From Eubacteriales bacterium (GTDB lineage Bacteria > Bacillota > Clostridia > Oscillospirales > CAG-272), in contig JAZOLL010000036.1 of assembly GCA_045653105.1 (NCBI GenBank), positions 507 to 64,506 of the forward strand: a stretch of DNA of 64,000 nucleotides, in the 5' to 3' direction. Under the pieces are notes generated by a model that saw only the letters and a list, made by a program, of their open reading frames with translations, was not told where the DNA came from and did no database searches. The position numbers and the translations under genes are program-made. Shown here piece after piece: positions 59,541-64,000 of the stretch; position 1 is the stretch's first letter; each line of letters begins with the position of its first letter.

Positions 59541-60722
59541 ATGTCAGATAAATCAATGGCAGGTCTTAACCAATTCACAGAGCAGGAGGTCGCCGCGGCG
59601 ATAGACACCAACAAAAAAATGAGAATAGGCATCATAGGCTGCGGCTGGATCGCAGGTAACCACGTGAGCGCATATCTCAAGCAGCCCGATGTAGAGATCG
59701 TGGCGGGCGCGGACCTCGTCCCCGGCAAGGCAAAGGCGTTTTTTGAAAAATACGGCATCGAGGGCGTAAAGACAGATTACGCGTCTCATAAGGAAATGCT
59801 TGATGACGAAAGTCTGGCACTTGATGCAGTTTCTGTATGCACCTACAACTGCCAGCACGCAGAGCCCACTATATACGCGCTCAAAAAGGGCGTGCACGTG
59901 CTGCTCGAAAAGCCCTTCACGGTAACGCTTGACGAGGCAGTTGAGTGTATGAGAGCCGAAAAGGAAAGCGGAAAGATACTCTCTATCGGCTTCCAGCCCA
60001 GAATGGAAGCAAATATGAAGCAGATCAAAAAGATCGTTGAGTCAGGCGAGCTCGGTCAGATATACTACATTCAGACAGGCGGCGGCAGAAGAAGAGGCAT
60101 CCCCACGCCTTTCGGCACGAGCTTCATAGCAGCGGAAACAGGCGGTATCGGCGCACTCGGTGACATCGGCTGCTACTCTCTCGATATGGTGCCCAACGCC
60201 GTCGGCAACCCGAAGCCCCTTACCGTTTCGGGCTATAAGTCCTCCTTCTTCGGCAAGAGCCCGAGCTACTCGGGATACCCCGACAAAAAGAAAGCGGAAT
60301 ATTCAAAAATATTCGGTGTTGACGATTTCGCGGCGGCATTCGTTCGCCTTGAGGGTGATATAATCCTCGATTTCAGAATTTCTTGGGCGATGAACCTCGA
60401 CACCCCCGGCGATACCATCATCCTCGGTACCAAGGGCGGCTTGCGCATCCCCTCTACAGAGTGCTGGAACGGCTCGGTAGGCGGTCCTATGAAGATATAT
60501 CACGAGGTAGGCGGACTTCAGGTCGAGACCGAGATCCCGATACTTAAGCAGAAGGAAGGACTCTTTGACGTAAAGATCCGCACCTTCCTCGATGCCTGCA
60601 AGAACGGCGACAAAGCGCCCGTTCCTACGTCCGAGATCATTTATAATCAGGCGATCATCGACGGTATTGCAAAATCCGCAGCTCTCGGCAGAGAGGTCGA
60701 GATAATTATTCCCGAGATATAA
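59541..60722 (+). CDS. Gfo/Idh/MocA-family oxidoreductase
   Basis: The start is revised to ATG 59541 (RBS AAGGAGG). A Rossmann motif MRIGIIGCGWIAGNH and VLLEKPF are present. Confidence 0.85.
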   Translation: MSDKSMAGLNQFTEQEVAAAIDTNKKMRIGIIGCGWIAGNHVSAYLKQPDVEIVAGADLVPGKAKAFFEKYGIEGVKTDYASHKEMLDDESLALDAVSVCTYNCQHAEPTIYALKKGVHVLLEKPFTVTLDEAVECMRAEKESGKILSIGFQPRMEANMKQIKKIVESGELGQIYYIQTGGGRRRGIPTPFGTSFIAAETGGIGALGDIGCYSLDMVPNAVGNPKPLTVSGYKSSFFGKSPSYSGYPDKKKAEYSKIFGVDDFAAAFVRLEGDIILDFRISWAMNLDTPGDTIILGTKGGLRIPSTECWNGSVGGPMKIYHEVGGLQVETEIPILKQKEGLFDVKIRTFLDACKNGDKAPVPTSEIIYNQAIIDGIAKSAALGREVEIIIPEI

Positions 60723-60771
60723 AATAAAGCAAAATTCCACCGCAAAATAAATTAATACAGAGGAGGATCGT

Positions 60772-62283
60772 ATGAAACCGGAAAAGCTTCTTGCCGCAGC
60801 GCTTGCGGTGCTGATGTGCTTGGCGGCACTCATATCCTGCGCCAACAAGACAGACGCACCCACGGATACCGTTACGACTGCGAGCGACACCTCTGCAAAG
60901 GAAACGGAGGCAGAAAAATTGCCCAGCAAATTTGAACTTCAATTCTCAGAAGAAAATGAAAAGCTTTTAGCGGAAATACTTGCCTTAGATATTGAGACCG
61001 TAAGCGTTGACGAAATCATACCCGAGCTCTCTGTAGCCCCAACCGCTAAGGTGAAAGCGGGAGAGGGCGCATGGACGTATATATACGAAAATGCCACCAA
61101 GGAGCTTTACGACGAGTGCCGCGATGCTTTGCTCAGCACCGGTGAATTTGCGCAGTACACCGAAACCGAATTCAACGGAACGCTCAAAAAAGAGCTCAAA
61201 AATTACTTCACCACACTTCTCTCCCGCGCGGCTCAGGTTGATATCGGTCTGCACGATGCATTTCCGCGTATGTACGTGACCGTCACACCCCGCTCGGCGT
61301 CCTTGCCCCCTATGAGAGAAGTGCCCGAATACACGCCCGTGGGAGACGAGTATCCCACGATCTGGACACAGTTCGGACTTGAGGATATAGACAACGAGGA
61401 AAGCTCCCTCGGATATATCGTCAGAATTGCAGACGGCAGCTTTATCATCTTGGACAGTGGCGAGCCCTTTGAGGGCGTTGAGGAAAGGATCTACGAAATA
61501 CTGAAAATTCAGGCCCCCGATCCCGATAATATAGTTATATCGGCGTGGATACTCACTCACGCGCACAGCGACCACGTCGGCGGCTTTATCCGCTTTGCGG
61601 AGCAGTACGGCTCAGACGAAACGGTAACAGTAAAGCAGATGGTATATAACTTCCCCGACCTTTCCAATCTTTCGTCCGAGGACATCGTGATGCAAAACGC
61701 CGTGAGCGAGGCGATAGAAAAGCTGCGAGGCGAGCCCGAGATACTCAAGCCCCATACAGGCAACGTGCTCTATTATGCCGACGTCGCGATAAATATACTC
61801 TATACGCAGGAAGAACACCTTGCAGTGAAGGGATATTTTGATAACTATAACACCTCATCCCTAGTAACGCAGTTCGTTATGGAGGACGGAACAAAGCTGC
61901 TGATCGGCGCAGATCATCCCGTCAGCGGCAATTGGACCTGGTGCGAGTCTGCGCTTTGGAACTGGTACGGCAGCTTTTTGGAGAGCTACGTTGTGTCTGC
62001 ATTCCACCACGGATACGGTGGCGGTGCAGATAGTATCATTTACACCGTGATCAAGCCAAAGCTCGTTCTCTGGCCCATTGACGAATACCGCATTGATCTG
62101 GACGAGCTGGACGAATCGAACACCAACCGTTATTTTACCGGCTCGGATGCCGCCGATCGCGGCGTTGTCGGATACTACGTTGCAGGTGACGATATCGTCA
62201 TTCTTAGCTTTGCCGAAGGCAAGGCGACCGCGACACGATACAACACCTTTTCCGATTACAAAGCGGGACGGATAGCTGAATAA
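60772..62283 (+). CDS. Lipoprotein with a metallo-beta-lactamase fold domain
   Basis: Signal plus lipobox MKPEKLLAAALAVLMCLAALISC, and the HxHxDH motif in ILTHAHSDHVGG. Confidence 0.75.
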   Translation: MKPEKLLAAALAVLMCLAALISCANKTDAPTDTVTTASDTSAKETEAEKLPSKFELQFSEENEKLLAEILALDIETVSVDEIIPELSVAPTAKVKAGEGAWTYIYENATKELYDECRDALLSTGEFAQYTETEFNGTLKKELKNYFTTLLSRAAQVDIGLHDAFPRMYVTVTPRSASLPPMREVPEYTPVGDEYPTIWTQFGLEDIDNEESSLGYIVRIADGSFIILDSGEPFEGVEERIYEILKIQAPDPDNIVISAWILTHAHSDHVGGFIRFAEQYGSDETVTVKQMVYNFPDLSNLSSEDIVMQNAVSEAIEKLRGEPEILKPHTGNVLYYADVAINILYTQEEHLAVKGYFDNYNTSSLVTQFVMEDGTKLLIGADHPVSGNWTWCESALWNWYGSFLESYVVSAFHHGYGGGADSIIYTVIKPKLVLWPIDEYRIDLDELDESNTNRYFTGSDAADRGVVGYYVAGDDIVILSFAEGKATATRYNTFSDYKAGRIAE

Positions 62284-62410
62284 AACGGCAAGCTCAAGTG
62301 TTTCTTAAAACAAGACAGGTACGCTGCTGTGTCCAAGCGACACAGAAGCGCACCTGTCTTATGCTCGCGGAGCGGTGCGCGAAGCAACTGTGCCCCAGCC
62401 AACGCAAAAA

Positions 62411-62428
62411 GGACACCTTTTGGTGTCC
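62411..62428. terminator. Terminator shared by convergent genes
   Basis: ggacacc, loop tttt, ggtgtcc, with an A-run upstream and T-rich sequence downstream. It is preceded by a 20-bp imperfect hairpin at 62314-62358. Confidence 0.7.
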
Positions 62429-62462
62429 TTGGTTTTGTGTTTCGTGCCCGTTTTAGATGACA

Positions 62463-63518
62463 TCAATTTTCAGGATAATCAAACAAATACGATCTGCAAT
62501 CGATATGCTCATTGGTGCTTTCGTTGATGTTTACCCACACACTGTTATGCCCAAACTCAATGCTACCTTTTACAGTTCCATTGTCAAACATATATTTACC
62601 ATCATCGAGGTTTGCCGTAACGGAAAGTTCCGTTTCATAAATCAAAACTGATTCTGAATACTTGTTATAAATCATTTCGAAAGAAACACTTTTATCTGAA
62701 ACAGAAGTAATTTTAACTCGATCGTCTTTAATTATCGAAGTAAGCTTATATGTTTGAATTTTCGGCGTAGCAGCTTCAAGTAACGGAAGAACCGTCAAAT
62801 TGGCATAATTTTTCGTGTACTCTCGTTCATCCCATCCGAAAGGACAAATGTCATATTGGGCATATAGTTCATTCCAATCTTCCTTGGAAACAGGTATTTG
62901 CTGTTTACCCTCTAACTTGTGCCAATTTCCTTGTTTCATCGCATCACATCCAATAGCAACCTGTGGTTTAAGCGCGCCTTCGGATATCTCGTAAGTAAAA
63001 TACTTTCTGCCAGCCATATACTGACCTTCCATAACAAGCTGCTCCATACGAACTAAGCCACTTTCATCAAGCCAAATCAGACAGTTGACATCTTCTTGTG
63101 TTATCAACGTAACGGCATCACCATTTTTTATCGTGAAAATCGCAACGATATCAAACGTGCTTTCCATAAAAATCAGTTCTTCAATTCCGTCACCGTTAAT
63201 ATCCTTTTTTGCATATCCCATATCCAGAGGGGTTCTGCATTTTTTGGCGAGTTCATACAGCGTTCTTAAAGCCGCCGAGTCTGTTTCACTCGTTTCGGGG
63301 AATGTGGCATTATTCTTTTTGCAAAGTAGTAATTCCTTGTATTTTTCAATTACATCTTTATATGGGTCGTTCCCTTGGGAAGTTGCATTTTCATCAGACG
63401 AATCTATATTATCCTGTAGCGTTTCCGAGTTAGGATTACCCGTATTTGAAGGTTTCGAACAGGAAACGGCACCAATGATCAAAAGCAAACACAAAAGAAT
63501 AGAAAATAATTTTTTCAT
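62463..63518 (-). CDS. Lipoprotein of unknown function (351 aa)
   Basis: Signal plus lipobox MKKLFSILLCLLLIIGAVSC. It has its own promoter at 63542-63570. Confidence 0.6.
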   Translation of the reverse strand: MKKLFSILLCLLLIIGAVSCSKPSNTGNPNSETLQDNIDSSDENATSQGNDPYKDVIEKYKELLLCKKNNATFPETSETDSAALRTLYELAKKCRTPLDMGYAKKDINGDGIEELIFMESTFDIVAIFTIKNGDAVTLITQEDVNCLIWLDESGLVRMEQLVMEGQYMAGRKYFTYEISEGALKPQVAIGCDAMKQGNWHKLEGKQQIPVSKEDWNELYAQYDICPFGWDEREYTKNYANLTVLPLLEAATPKIQTYKLTSIIKDDRVKITSVSDKSVSFEMIYNKYSESVLIYETELSVTANLDDGKYMFDNGTVKGSIEFGHNSVWVNINESTNEHIDCRSYLFDYPEN

Positions 63519-63541
63519 TGCAGCACCGCCTTTCTGTGTTC

Positions 63542-63570
63542 ATTATAGCATACCCTTGCGAAAATGTAAA
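63542..63570 (-). promoter_or_regulatory. sigma-A type promoter (minus strand)
   Basis: On the minus strand: TTTACA (63570-63565), 17-nt spacer, TATAAT (63547-63542) preceded by TGc. Confidence 0.7.
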
Positions 63571-63761
63571 GTGTTTATTGTAGGGGCGACCACCCCTCGC
63601 CCTCTTTTGGCACAGGGATTCTTCTTGTCTTTGGCGACGCACGTCCATTCCTTATTTAAGGTTGTGCGCCGCCAAAGCCTTCGGTCACCGTTCAAAAACA
63701 ACACACCGTGTTGTTTTTTCACTGCTTCGAATCCCCGCGCCCCAGCCTAAAATAAAAAAAC

Positions 63762-63792
63762 AAAGGACACCGATTGGTGTCCTTTGTTTTTT
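63762..63792 (-). terminator. Rho-independent terminator of the truncated upstream gene
   Basis: aaaggacacc (63762-63771), loop gatt, ggtgtccttt (63776-63785), flanked by A-runs and T-runs. Confidence 0.75.
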
Positions 63793-63837
63793 TGTGTTTG
63801 GTGACCGTTTTAGATGACATAGTTATTTTCGATAACG

Positions 63838-63999
63838 TCAATCCAAAGATGAGCCGTTTGCGACAACAGAGCCGCCTTTTTCGTAAACAAAATAAGTATA
63901 TCCGTTGAGCTGATATTTTACGCAAATATATTTATCGGTTATAAAGATGCTATCTACCCCCGAAAAATCATAGATATCGGCTAATTTTTTCGTTTCAAA
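63838..63999 (-). CDS. 3-prime end of a gene running off the window (last 53 aa, ...YQLNGYTYFVYEKGGSVVANGSSLD); likely related to the neighbouring lipoprotein
   Basis: The frame is open from the window edge to a TGA (complement of tca at 63838-63840), and a terminator follows. The DNA just downstream (63795-63830) is homologous to the 3-prime end of gene 62463-63518. Confidence 0.4.
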   Translation of the reverse strand, partial: FETKKLADIYDFSGVDSIFITDKYICVKYQLNGYTYFVYEKGGSVVANGSSLD

Positions 64000-64000
64000 A

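Noticed and set aside
63724-63743. The minus-strand sequence GGGGCGCGGGGATTCGAAGC resembles the 5-prime end of tmRNA (GGGG-N6-GGATTCGA). The plus strand contains a T-loop-like TTCGAATCC.
   Set aside because: - No complementary T-stem or acceptor 3-prime strand with CCA exists.
- No tag-peptide ORF ending in an alanine-rich sequence is present.
- Only about 170 nt are available before the promoter and start of the next gene (63518-63570), whereas a tmRNA needs about 350 nt.
- The motif is part of a repeated intergenic module also found, in diverged form, at 62385-62400.
63719-63925. A 68-aa minus-strand ORF spanning the terminator region, and a 35-codon remnant frame ending at 63810 (…AHLWIDVIENNYVI).
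   Set aside because: - The 68-aa ORF reads straight through a terminator hairpin and an A/T-run.
- The remnant frame has no start and is interrupted upstream by a stop.
- The adjacent frame, open to the window edge (63838-63999), is the better candidate for the real gene end.

Overview
This is a 64 kb chromosomal window from a Firmicutes-type genome, probably a Clostridia / Ruminococcus-like organism. That guess rests on gene order, AAGGAG-type ribosome binding sites and TTGACA-17-TATAAT promoters. All calls come from reading the sequence and the ORF track by eye; no database search was run.

Layout:
- 1-9.3 kb (plus strand): a stand-alone GMP synthase ATP-pyrophosphatase subunit, a livJHMGF-type branched-chain amino-acid ABC transporter, and a P-type (Ca2+/Mn2+-like) ATPase behind a leader that looks like a yybP-ykoY Mn2+ riboswitch.
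- 9.3-27.4 kb (minus strand): the stand-out region, an operon-like run of about 18 kb and 14 genes. It encodes a TetR regulator, an HD-GYP protein with a degenerate EAL domain, and five paralogous secreted proteins that share a C-terminal W-x-(E/D)-G-x-D motif. Four of those five, a separate 211-aa protein and the giant adhesin (six proteins in all) carry a SipW-dependent-type N-terminus (TasA/camelysin-like layout). It also encodes two SipW-like (S26B) signal peptidases, a 1897-aa LRR/beta-helix adhesin with the same N-terminus, and, embedded in the middle, a membrane-anchored McrB-like AAA+ NTPase. Next to that NTPase is a McrC-N-terminal-like protein whose nuclease is replaced by an (EEARLA)n helix and a poly-proline/lysine tail. 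I cannot match this combination to a described system.
- 27.4-33.5 kb: an XRE regulator flanked by phased T-tract DNA, a lipoprotein, two tandem paralogous membrane proteins, and a cell-surface metallophosphoesterase with three Big_2 repeats.
- 33.8-48.5 kb: a conserved housekeeping block (thiN, rsgA, a PASTA protein, rlmN, rsmB, a Zn-peptidase, fmt, def, priA, rpoZ, gmk, remA, yicC, efp). The PrkC position is filled by a kinase-less PASTA protein, and prpC and rpe are absent.
- 48.6-64 kb: a cation/H+ antiporter, two AraC regulators, sugar-metabolism enzymes, holA, Cu/Zn SOD, a transaldolase-family aldolase, an MBL-fold lipoprotein and paralogous lipoproteins.

No rRNA, tRNA, CRISPR array, transposase or integrase was seen.
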